Of a DNA stretch of 26,336 nucleotides, positions 16,473 through 25,369 are shown one piece after another; positions within the stretch are counted from its first letter, which is position 1; each line of letters begins with the position of its first letter. The DNA comes from Nitrospirota bacterium (GTDB lineage Bacteria; Nitrospirota; Thermodesulfovibrionia; Thermodesulfovibrionales; Dissulfurispiraceae). Under the pieces are notes generated by a model. It was not told the origin of the DNA and ran no database searches. It saw only the letters and a list, made by a program, of their open reading frames with translations. The position numbers were made by a program, and so were the translations under genes. The stretch spans positions 1 to 26,336 of the forward strand of contig CAWBMP010000001.1 in the NCBI GenBank assembly GCA_963790025.1, in the 5' to 3' direction.

Positions 16473-18391
16473 CAAAAATGAGTGATACATTACAAAGACT
16501 TCTGGCGCCCAACAATTTCAAGAGATTCTTCTTCTTCATGCTGGGTGATATTTTGATCATTATGGTTTCTCTATATATTTCCTTTTTGCTTCGTTTTGAT
16601 TTTGTCCTGAGCAGTGGATATAAGCACCTGATTTTAAATGTGCTGCCTTTGTTTCTTATTATGAAATTGCTTTCATTTTCCATATTCAGGATGTACAAGA
16701 TTACATGGAGATATGTCAGCATTGATGATCTCTTTAATATTGTCTGTGCAGTTGTAGTCTCCAGTTCTGTGCTTATGGCAATGATCCTGTTTCCGGCGCC
16801 TCATGTTTTGCATTTAGCAGCCCCGATCTTTACGATTACTTTTCCAAGGGGCATTTTTCTTACCGATGGGATCATATCGGTCCTTCTCCTCTCGACATTG
16901 AGGATTTCCAAAAGGTTTTTTTATGAGGTAATAGGCAAGAAAAGGTTTTCGAGTGATGGAAAGAGGACTGTTATAGTCGGGGCCGGAAATACAGGGGAAT
17001 TAATATTGAGGGACATGGTCAAACAGAGGTTTTCAGATTTCTGCCCGGTCGCATTGCTCGATGACGATATGGCTAAAGTCGGGGCCTACATGCATGGAGT
17101 CAAGGTATTCGGTACAACCAATGAACTGAAGAAGGCTGTGGCAAGATATAATGCAGAGGCCGTTATTATAGCCATTCCTTCTTTGAACCATAAGAGTCTC
17201 AGGAATATCTACAATGCGGCAAAAGAGTCCAAAGTGGCTGCAATCAAGATTGTGCCCCGGATTTACGATTTCCATAAGCCTGATATAAACCTGAGAAGTC
17301 TTGAAGAGATAAGCGTTGAAGATCTTATTGGTCGCCAGGCTGTTTCGATAGATTATCAGGAGATTGAGCAATTTTTGGATGATAAAACAGTTCTTGTCAC
17401 CGGGGCCGGCGGCTCAATAGGCTCCGAGATCGTCAGACAGGTATGCGCGTTTTACCCCCGGAAGATTATTCTTTTCGACATTGACGAAACGGCGCTGCAT
17501 ACAATGCAGCTTGGAATGAAGAGGCATTTCCCGAATTTAACAGAAAGAGCGTATTTTATTGCAGGAGACATAAAGGATGAAAGCAGGGTCAGGGAAGTTA
17601 TGGCTGCATTTTATCCTGAGATCGTTTTTCATGCTGCCGCATATAAGCATGTGCCCATGATGGAGAATAATCCGAAAGAGGCGGTGAAGGTAAACATGTT
17701 CGGTACTTATACCGTCGCCAGGGCCGCGATTAACGCAGGTGTAAAGAAGTTCATCATGATTTCCACTGACAAGGCGGTACTGCCGACGAGCATAATGGGT
17801 GCGACGAAAAGGATGGCTGAAAATATCTGCAAGGCTTTCAATACTCAGGGGAAGACCGCGTTTGTATCGGTCAGATTCGGGAATGTGCTTGGCAGCCGGG
17901 GAAGTGTCCTGCCTTTGTTTCTCGAACAGCTTCGCTATGGAGGCCCGCTTACTGTAACACACAAAGAGATGCAAAGGTATTTTATGACAATACCTGAAGC
18001 TGTTTCTCTTGTGCTGCAGGCTTCTGTAACTGGGAAGGGCGGCGAGGTGCTTGTGCTGGATATGGGCGAGCCGGTCAAAATTCTGGAGCTTGCAGAAGAG
18101 CTGATCAGAATTCACGGGCTGGAGCCGTATAAGGACATCGACATAAAATTCATTGGTCTCAGGCCTGGGGAAAAGCTTTTTGAAGAAATACTCACCGCTG
18201 AGGAAGGCACATCGGCGAGCAAACATGAGAAAATATTCATATCAAAAAATACAAGTACCGAAAGCGTCGAAGGCGTAGAACGGATATTGGATGTGTTCAA
18301 GGTTTTTCTTGATGGGAGCCAATTTGACAATGGCCACGCAGTCAAAGAAATGCTGAGGAAATACGTTCCTCACTATCATGAAAAAAACTGA
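16469..18391 (+). CDS. Membrane-bound UDP-GlcNAc 4,6-dehydratase (WbpM/PglF/CapD family)
   Basis: 640 aa. About 4 N-terminal TM segments, GAG motif, VEDLIGR, TGAGGSIGSE, HAAAYKHVP, STDKA, MGATK (the MxxxK variant typical of this subfamily), RFGNVLGSRGSV and GLRPGEKLFEE. Confidence 0.95.
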   Translation: MTKMSDTLQRLLAPNNFKRFFFFMLGDILIIMVSLYISFLLRFDFVLSSGYKHLILNVLPLFLIMKLLSFSIFRMYKITWRYVSIDDLFNIVCAVVVSSSVLMAMILFPAPHVLHLAAPIFTITFPRGIFLTDGIISVLLLSTLRISKRFFYEVIGKKRFSSDGKRTVIVGAGNTGELILRDMVKQRFSDFCPVALLDDDMAKVGAYMHGVKVFGTTNELKKAVARYNAEAVIIAIPSLNHKSLRNIYNAAKESKVAAIKIVPRIYDFHKPDINLRSLEEISVEDLIGRQAVSIDYQEIEQFLDDKTVLVTGAGGSIGSEIVRQVCAFYPRKIILFDIDETALHTMQLGMKRHFPNLTERAYFIAGDIKDESRVREVMAAFYPEIVFHAAAYKHVPMMENNPKEAVKVNMFGTYTVARAAINAGVKKFIMISTDKAVLPTSIMGATKRMAENICKAFNTQGKTAFVSVRFGNVLGSRGSVLPLFLEQLRYGGPLTVTHKEMQRYFMTIPEAVSLVLQASVTGKGGEVLVLDMGEPVKILELAEELIRIHGLEPYKDIDIKFIGLRPGEKLFEEILTAEEGTSASKHEKIFISKNTSTESVEGVERILDVFKVFLDGSQFDNGHAVKEMLRKYVPHYHEKN

Positions 18392-20042
18392 GTCTTTTGC
18401 AATAACTAAAGACACTGTTTCATCCCGCGAATTCCTTCTGGTCCTGGGGACATTGTTTTTTGTTGTCAGCCCTCTACTTGTCATAGTGTTTTATGCTGCC
18501 GCTGCCATGGCAACTTTTTTGCAATTCCGGGAAATAAGACTCGATAAGGAGAAAGTTGCAATTGGTCTTATCATATTAATCATATCGCTGTGGATGTTTC
18601 ACAAGAAGGTGCTGCCTGAGCAATACTCACCCGGCTTCGTAGCATTTACCCGTTATGTGCCGCTCTTCATATTTTTTTACGTAATGAGTCTAGTTCCGTT
18701 TTCTGACTCCGAATGCGAGCATTTCTCGTATGCATTGCTTATGACTGTCCCTCAACAATTTCTGATAGGAGTCCTGGAGAAATATTACCATTGGCACGGA
18801 TCGGTACAGCTTGTTATGAATAATGTCCCGATAGTTGACATATTTGTCGGCTCTTATGAGCCAAACCTGCCGCTCTCCGCGACGCTTTACAATCCTAATA
18901 TTTTCGCAATTTACCTCGTCATCGCTTTTACTGTTTCATTAGGTTTGCTTTTGAGGGAAATCAGGGACATTAAAACTTATGACAAGGCCGTTTCATGGCG
19001 GTGGGGCCGCATTATTTTTTCAGGCGCGTGTCTGTTTTTTTCCGCGGTCGTGCTGCTGTTCTTCCGTTCGCGGCATGCAATGGTGGCGGTCATACTCATG
19101 GATTCATTAGGTTTGCTTTTGAGGGAAATCAGGGACATTAAAACTTATGATAAGGCCGTTTCATGGCGGTGGGGCCGCATTATTTTTTCAGGCGCGTGTC
19201 TGTTTTTTTCCGCGGTCGTGCTGCTGTTCTTCCGTTCGCGGCATGCAATGGTGGCGGTCATACTCATGGATTCATTAGGTTTGCTTTTGAGGGAAATCAG
19301 GGACATTAAAACTTATGATAAGGCCGTTTCATGGCGGTGGGGCCGCATTATTTTTTCAGGCGCGTGCCTGTTTTTTTCCCTGCTCCTGATACTATTCGCC
19401 GGTTCCCGGAATGCAATGGTGGCGGTCATACTGACAGCCTTATTCTGTTCTGTTCCGTATAAAAGAACGATGGCGCTGTTAAAGGCGGTTGCCTGCTGCA
19501 TAATTGTATTATTGCTTATAACGTCGTTCAATTGGGGTGAGCCTGCTATATTTGTCAAGAATGATATTTCCCCGTCAGTGATCAGGTTCTGGGATTCGGG
19601 CCATCGATATTTTCTCAGGGGCAGGGCGGAGACATATTCCTGCGCTATGCAGCTTGTGAGGGAACGGCCTCTAACGGGATGGGGTCTGGGCATGGTGAGG
19701 GAAGAGTGCGCACAGAGGCTTTATGGGGCATATGGCACGCATGCTCACGATATTTTTCTGCAGCTGGCTGCTGAAATAGGTGTGCCGTTTACAATGATGA
19801 TCATATGCCTGTTTTTATATGTATTAATTGTTTCCCTGCACCGTTTCGCACGAAAAGCAGTTTACTGGAAATTGCAGGATTTTGATTCGATACTCCTGAC
19901 ATCTGTAAGCGCGGTGCTCCTGATGCAGATATTCGACATTGCTCTACTAATGACCTATAGGTTGAACTTTTTATTTTGGTTGTGCTTTGCAATCGCTTAC
20001 TCAAGGGCCATTCCACAGAAGCAAACTGACTCTGGGTGTTGA
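18378..20042 (+). CDS. O-antigen ligase (WaaL/Wzy_C) family protein with an internal triplication
   Basis: 554 aa, polytopic. NPN, GSRNA, R...RPLTGWGLG and HAHDIFLQLAAEIG. Removing the two extra repeat units leaves 442 aa. Confidence 0.85.
   Translation: MKKTESFAITKDTVSSREFLLVLGTLFFVVSPLLVIVFYAAAAMATFLQFREIRLDKEKVAIGLIILIISLWMFHKKVLPEQYSPGFVAFTRYVPLFIFFYVMSLVPFSDSECEHFSYALLMTVPQQFLIGVLEKYYHWHGSVQLVMNNVPIVDIFVGSYEPNLPLSATLYNPNIFAIYLVIAFTVSLGLLLREIRDIKTYDKAVSWRWGRIIFSGACLFFSAVVLLFFRSRHAMVAVILMDSLGLLLREIRDIKTYDKAVSWRWGRIIFSGACLFFSAVVLLFFRSRHAMVAVILMDSLGLLLREIRDIKTYDKAVSWRWGRIIFSGACLFFSLLLILFAGSRNAMVAVILTALFCSVPYKRTMALLKAVACCIIVLLLITSFNWGEPAIFVKNDISPSVIRFWDSGHRYFLRGRAETYSCAMQLVRERPLTGWGLGMVREECAQRLYGAYGTHAHDIFLQLAAEIGVPFTMMIICLFLYVLIVSLHRFARKAVYWKLQDFDSILLTSVSAVLLMQIFDIALLMTYRLNFLFWLCFAIAYSRAIPQKQTDSGC
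18935..19433 (+). repeat. In-frame tandem repeat, 168-bp (56-aa) unit, about 3 copies
   Basis: Units start at 18935, 19103 and 19271 (TTCATTAGGTTTGCTTTTGAGG...). Units 1 and 2 differ at one base (18983 C, 19151 T). Unit 3 matches unit 2 up to ~19379 except 19367 C, diverges, then rejoins at ATGCAATGGTGGCGGTCATACT. Confidence 0.97.
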
Positions 20043-20056
20043 GGCATTTATAAATT

Positions 20057-22999
20057 ATGCAGTTTACGGGCAAATTACTGAAAAACGAATGTCTCCGCGC
20101 GGGTTTGGTCCTGATTGTTGTTCTAAATGCAGCCTTCTTCCCGGTTATCTGGGGTAATAAGTCATTGATGCTCGGCATCGGAAACACTGCGAGTATCATG
20201 CCAAACGGGGCTTACGGAGATGTTCGGGGGCTAAAAGGAGAACGCACAAGGGACCCGGGCGCTCCCGCCTGGCAGTCCGAACCCTGGTTCAAGATCATGA
20301 ATTATGAGCTTGCGAAGGAAAGAAACCTCCCCTTCTGGAACCCTTACAGCGCCTATGGAACTCCTTTGGCTGCTAACATGCAGTCGCAGCCTTTCTATCC
20401 GCCTTCATTGCTGCTCGCTTTGCATACCACGGAGTATACCTATGATCTTTATCTGATACTTCGCCTGTTTGTTGCAGGGATGTTCTGTTATATCTTCCTG
20501 AGGTTTTTTGTAGATGATGTTTCCTCCTTTGCGGGTTCGATAATATTCATGTTCTCAGGATATTATATAACTTATCTGAATATGCCTCATATCAGCGTGG
20601 ATGTTATGCTGCCCGCGGTCTTCTGCTCTTTTGAGATGCTTTTAAGAAAGGGGGGCCCAAAGAGCATTATTGCGATTACTGCCGCGGTTTTCTTTTCTGT
20701 TATGGGCGGAATGCCTGAATCCACCTTCCTGGTACTGAATTTCGGGTATATGTATTTTATTTTCAGGCTTCTCACCGACGACTCTCTAACGCGGGAAAAA
20801 TGGGGCCTGGTGAAGGTTTTTGTCATCGCCAATGTGCTCGGTTTTTCATTGTCGGCCTTTCTTCTGCTCCCCTTCCTGGAGTTCCTGAAAAATTCGTTTA
20901 ATAGTCACCAGTTCGAGCATACCGGAATGATTTACGGTATACTTCATCATGGGATGGATGAATTCAGGAACACTCTTTTCTTTCTCGTACCTCATGCTTT
21001 CGGATCCACACAGACTGAGTATTACTGGGGAATCACTCCATTTATTTTTGCCTTAACTGCAATTGTGGTATATTTCAGGCCGCCGTGGAAACAGGAAACA
21101 ACTGTGATCGGGACGCTTGTGGTGTTTTTTGCCGTTTCCGTTGTTTCGATGTTCATGAAGCATTTCGGCGTAGCTCCGGTCAACTGGATCGGATATCTTC
21201 CCCTTTCGAAGTTTATAATGTATCCAAAATACCAGGAGGGTATGCTCTCATTTGCGGTTGCAGTACTTGCGGCGATAGGCTTCTCGACATTAAACATGAA
21301 TATTAAGAATCGATATTTAAGGATTGCTTTTTGTTTAACGGTCTCTATTGTCGGGGCACTTTCCTTAAAGTTCAAGCCTGAGTTCCACACGATTAAGAAC
21401 GTGACTTTTCTGGTCACCGCATTCCTGGTCCTGCTAGCCAACGGATATATACTGTTCTACCTGTACGGGAAATATTCCGAAAAAAAATGGATTATTATTT
21501 CCTCGCTTTCAGTACTGCTCATAGAGATAGCGCTGAACTTTATCCCGTCCTTTTACACCCTATGCCGGCTTCCCGACCGTACCATAAATCCGTATCAGGG
21601 GGCCCCTTACATCAGTTTTATAAAAAAAAGTAATCGGGATTATTCCAGGGTTTTTGGCGTAGAGGGTGTGCTTTATCCCAACTGGGCCGGGGTTTTCGGA
21701 CTTTACGATGTTCGATCACTTGACGCAATGTACTATTCTGCCTATAGATCGTTTATCAGGAGTTTTTTTCTTGGCGAAAATGACAAGTCATCGATAAACG
21801 GTGATCTTTCCAAAATAAACAGTGATCTTTCAGACAGGTTTACAGGCACCGGCGATAAGAGATATGATTTTATTACTGTTAATGGAAAGCGGTTTCTGCA
21901 GCTTTCCTCGGTAAAATATCTGTTGAGCATTTATCCTACTTTTACGGGCATGACGAGTGATATATTTGCCCAACTTAAACAGGCCAATTTTATTGAGAAG
22001 TATCAGAGGGAAGGCCATATTGGGGACGGCCCGCAATGTTTTGCAATAGCAGGAGTCAGGAAAAACGTCCTTTTCCAACACCCTCCTTCCTTCAGACTTC
22101 CATACAGGACCGTAATCAATAAGGATACTGCGCTCCTGAAATTTGCGATCGGCATACATCCCGATGTGTACAAAGGGAAGGTGATTGGGGATGGCGTCGG
22201 GTTCACTATAGAGATCAAAACTTCCGATGCAGGTATTCAAAAAATATTTTACAAGTACATAGACCCCAAACATAACGTGTCTGAAAGAAAGTGGCATGCA
22301 TATGAGCTTGACCTCAGCAAATACGCAGGGAAAGATGTGACTTTACTTTTTTCCACCGACCCCGGACCGAAGGGTGACAACAGGGCTGATTGGGCAGGTT
22401 GGGGAGACATAGGATTTGCGGGCGGGAAAGTGCCATCCAGCAAAATCTATGACAATAATGCGCCATTCAGGATGATCTATGACAAAGAGGTGTTTATTTA
22501 TGAATTCCCCGACGTTCTACCGAGGGCGTCTGTTTTTTATAGCGCGGAAATGATCGATAATAAAGATACTGTTTTGGCGCGGCTGAAGGACCGGTCTTTT
22601 AATATATTTGAAAAAGCGATTATCGATTGCTCACAATGCAAAGAAAGCGAAATATCTCTTGTGCGGACTATCAGTCAGGCGCCTCCTCAAAAAGTGGAGC
22701 CTGCCAGGATCCTTTCCTATCAATCGCAGGAAGTAGTGGTGAGCGCTGATATGAAAGAGCCCGGGATTCTAATGCTTAATGACAGCAACTATCCGGGATG
22801 GCAGGTAGACGTCGACGGAAGGGAAACCAAAATATTAAAAGCCGATTATTTGTTCAGGGGAGTGGCCCTTGAGGCCGGTCCGCATATAATAAAGTTTAAA
22901 TACCGGCCAAAGTCTTTTATGTACGGGCTTTTCATATCGGCTGCCTCCTTTGCAGGGGTCTGTGTTCTTTTTTTTAAAGTTCGCGGAAACAAAGATTGA
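20057..22999 (+). CDS. YfhO-family (GT-C) membrane glycosyltransferase with a large extracytoplasmic region
   Basis: 980 aa. PFWNPYSAYGTPLAANMQSQPFYP after the first TM segment, many TM segments, and a YfhO-type C-terminus (LNDSNYPGWQVDVDG...ADYLFRGV...GPHIIKFKYRP) followed by a final TM. Confidence 0.85.
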   Translation: MQFTGKLLKNECLRAGLVLIVVLNAAFFPVIWGNKSLMLGIGNTASIMPNGAYGDVRGLKGERTRDPGAPAWQSEPWFKIMNYELAKERNLPFWNPYSAYGTPLAANMQSQPFYPPSLLLALHTTEYTYDLYLILRLFVAGMFCYIFLRFFVDDVSSFAGSIIFMFSGYYITYLNMPHISVDVMLPAVFCSFEMLLRKGGPKSIIAITAAVFFSVMGGMPESTFLVLNFGYMYFIFRLLTDDSLTREKWGLVKVFVIANVLGFSLSAFLLLPFLEFLKNSFNSHQFEHTGMIYGILHHGMDEFRNTLFFLVPHAFGSTQTEYYWGITPFIFALTAIVVYFRPPWKQETTVIGTLVVFFAVSVVSMFMKHFGVAPVNWIGYLPLSKFIMYPKYQEGMLSFAVAVLAAIGFSTLNMNIKNRYLRIAFCLTVSIVGALSLKFKPEFHTIKNVTFLVTAFLVLLANGYILFYLYGKYSEKKWIIISSLSVLLIEIALNFIPSFYTLCRLPDRTINPYQGAPYISFIKKSNRDYSRVFGVEGVLYPNWAGVFGLYDVRSLDAMYYSAYRSFIRSFFLGENDKSSINGDLSKINSDLSDRFTGTGDKRYDFITVNGKRFLQLSSVKYLLSIYPTFTGMTSDIFAQLKQANFIEKYQREGHIGDGPQCFAIAGVRKNVLFQHPPSFRLPYRTVINKDTALLKFAIGIHPDVYKGKVIGDGVGFTIEIKTSDAGIQKIFYKYIDPKHNVSERKWHAYELDLSKYAGKDVTLLFSTDPGPKGDNRADWAGWGDIGFAGGKVPSSKIYDNNAPFRMIYDKEVFIYEFPDVLPRASVFYSAEMIDNKDTVLARLKDRSFNIFEKAIIDCSQCKESEISLVRTISQAPPQKVEPARILSYQSQEVVVSADMKEPGILMLNDSNYPGWQVDVDGRETKILKADYLFRGVALEAGPHIIKFKYRPKSFMYGLFISAASFAGVCVLFFKVRGNKD

Positions 23000-24402
23000 T
23001 CCTGCTAATTAAAAATGAAACAAATTTCAAACCCGCTTGTTATCTTTGCGACAGCAACCGGATCCATTATTCGTTTGTAAGGAACGGGAAAGCTGTATAT
23101 CAATGCGAGGACTGCGGCTTTGTTTTCCTTAATCCGCAGCCGGCTGATGAAAGGTTGCAGCGGCGTCATGATGAAAGCCGTTTTTATGATGTGCCATTAT
23201 TTCTTAAGAGTCTGCTTGATTATTCGGGCCAGGAAAAAGGAAGACTTCTCGAAATCGGCTCCAGCAATGGATCTTTGATCACGGCGGCGATGGAGGCGGG
23301 GTTTGAAGTACAGTCCATCGATATTTCCGGATATGGAAACCTGCCTTCCGGCCAGTTCGACGTCTGTGCCTTGTTTGATGTTATCGGGCATGTTCGGGAC
23401 CCCATAGAACTGTTGCTCAAGGTACATTCTGCACTCAAACCGGATGGCCGTCTCTTGATTGCCACTCCTTCATGCGATATCGGGCCCAAAAGCTCAGTGA
23501 CCGGCAACGGAGGTGGTGTTCCGGTCGATTACCTTCACTATTTCGATTCCCAGACAATACAGAATGCCCTGGCAAAGACATGGTTCCGCGATGTCGGCAT
23601 TTCCCGCAACAAGCAGTTTATGGTTGTCATGTCCCGGAAGTCGCCTGCGAAAAGCAAGCCTGCTCTTTCTGTTATTTTACCGGTTTACAACGAAAAGGAA
23701 ACCTTTCCGGAACTCATGGAAACGCTGCTTGCAAAGGAACTGCCGGGGCTGGACAGAGAAGTCATCGTTGTGGAAAGCAATTCGACTGATGGAACCCGGG
23801 AAGAGGTACTGCGCTACAAAGACACCCCGGGAGTCAGGCTCGTATTCGAGGACAGGCCTCAAGGGAAGGGGCATGCGGTCCGAACAGGGTTGCAATACGC
23901 TGCCGGGGATTTCATAATGATCCAGGACGGGGACCTTGAATATGATCTTAACGATTACGATGAACTGCTGGAACCCCTTATGAAATACCAAAAGGCGTTT
24001 GTTCTCGGGTCTCGGCATTCAAAAGGCTGGAAAATGCGCCATTTTACCGATCAACCCCAGATGTCGCTGATCATGAATTTTGGGCAGATTTTTTTCACTT
24101 CCCTTTTGAATCTTTTTTGCGGTTCAAAGCTGAAAGATCCGTTTACCATGTATAAAATCTTCCGGCGCGATTGTCTTTATGGGTTGACATTCAAGGCGAA
24201 CAGATTTGATTTTGACTGGGAAATTGTAATAAAATTATTGAGAAAAGGATACCGGCCGCTGGAAATTCCTGTAAATTATAATTCCCGTTCGTTCAAGCAA
24301 GGGAAAAAAGTTTCTTTAATTAAGGACCCGCTGTTATGGATCTGGGCATTGTTCAGATTCAGGTTTGGAACGTTGTACGAAGACAGGAAAGGAGAAAAAT
24401 GA
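22996..24402 (+). CDS. Fusion of a class I SAM methyltransferase-like domain and a GT2 (DPM1/GtrB-like polyprenyl-phosphate glycosyltransferase)
   Basis: N-terminal half: CYLC...CEDC, LLEIGSSNG, FDVIGHVRDP, LKPDG, HYF. C-terminal half from ~23660: SVILPVYNE, STDGT, GKGHAV, QDGDLEY (DxD), VLGSR, FDFDWEI, EIPVNY and GKK. TTGA overlap with the upstream gene. Confidence 0.85.
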   Translation: MILLIKNETNFKPACYLCDSNRIHYSFVRNGKAVYQCEDCGFVFLNPQPADERLQRRHDESRFYDVPLFLKSLLDYSGQEKGRLLEIGSSNGSLITAAMEAGFEVQSIDISGYGNLPSGQFDVCALFDVIGHVRDPIELLLKVHSALKPDGRLLIATPSCDIGPKSSVTGNGGGVPVDYLHYFDSQTIQNALAKTWFRDVGISRNKQFMVVMSRKSPAKSKPALSVILPVYNEKETFPELMETLLAKELPGLDREVIVVESNSTDGTREEVLRYKDTPGVRLVFEDRPQGKGHAVRTGLQYAAGDFIMIQDGDLEYDLNDYDELLEPLMKYQKAFVLGSRHSKGWKMRHFTDQPQMSLIMNFGQIFFTSLLNLFCGSKLKDPFTMYKIFRRDCLYGLTFKANRFDFDWEIVIKLLRKGYRPLEIPVNYNSRSFKQGKKVSLIKDPLLWIWALFRFRFGTLYEDRKGEK

Positions 24403-24411
24403 GGATATGAT

Positions 24412-25368
24412 ATGCGCTATTTTATAACGGGATGCGCCGGTTTTATCGGAAGTTCCCTGACAGACCGGCTTCTGCAGGATGGGCATTATGTGGTTGGATA
24501 TGACAATTTTTCAACAGGGTTCGAAGAGTTCATCGAACTGGCTGGAAGTTCGAAGAGGTTTATCCTTGTGAGGGACGACCTTCTCAATACGGAAACCCTG
24601 AACGCGGCTATGCAGGGTTGCGATTTTGTTTTTCACTTTGCAGCCAATGCGGACGTCCGTTTTGGGACGGAACACCCACGTAAAGATCTTGAGCAGAATA
24701 CTATTGCAACATTTAATGTCCTTGAGGCGATGAGGGCAAATGGAATTAAAAAGATAGCCTTCTCCTCAACGGGTTCTGTTTACGGAGAGCCGGATGTTTT
24801 CCCTACGCCGGAAAACGCTCCGTTCCCTGTCCAGACATCGCTTTACGGCGCCTCCAAGCTTGCAGGAGAAAGTTTGATTTCGGCCTACTGTGAAGGCTTC
24901 GGCTTCCAGGCGTGGATTTTTAGATTCGTTTCCATTCTGGGAGAGCGGTACACTCACGGGCATGTCTTCGATTTTTACAATAAGCTGCTGGCAAATCCTA
25001 ACGAATTGTTCGTCCTGGGAAACGGACACCAGCGGAAGTCATACCTTTATGTTCAGGATTGTATCGATGCGATGCTCCTCGCTGCCGATAAGGCCCATGA
25101 GAAAGTGAACATTCTAAATCTTGGAACAGATGAATACTGTGAAGTCAATAATTCCATCGCCTGGATTACTGAAAATCTGGGGATTAAGCCTGCACTGAAA
25201 TATGCAGGCGGAGAGCGGGGATGGATTGGCGACAGCCCGTTTATTTTTCTGGACTGCTCGAGGATCAGGAACCTCGGGTGGCGGCCCAGGCTGACAATAC
25301 AGGACGCTGTTATCAGGACAGTGGAATTTCTGAGGAACAACTCCTGGGTGTTTGAAAGGAGATCATAG
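24412..25368 (+). CDS. NAD-dependent epimerase/dehydratase (GalE-like extended SDR)
   Basis: TGCAGFIG, HFAANADV, SSTGSVYG, YGASK, GHVFDF and RKSYLYV. GAGG upstream. Confidence 0.92.
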   Translation: MRYFITGCAGFIGSSLTDRLLQDGHYVVGYDNFSTGFEEFIELAGSSKRFILVRDDLLNTETLNAAMQGCDFVFHFAANADVRFGTEHPRKDLEQNTIATFNVLEAMRANGIKKIAFSSTGSVYGEPDVFPTPENAPFPVQTSLYGASKLAGESLISAYCEGFGFQAWIFRFVSILGERYTHGHVFDFYNKLLANPNELFVLGNGHQRKSYLYVQDCIDAMLLAADKAHEKVNILNLGTDEYCEVNNSIAWITENLGIKPALKYAGGERGWIGDSPFIFLDCSRIRNLGWRPRLTIQDAVIRTVEFLRNNSWVFERRS

Positions 25369-25369
25369 A

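Noticed and set aside
18935..19433. The tandem repeat as a CRISPR array or mobile element
   Set aside because: The units are contiguous 168-bp in-frame coding sequence with no unique spacers, and there are no cas or transposase genes.
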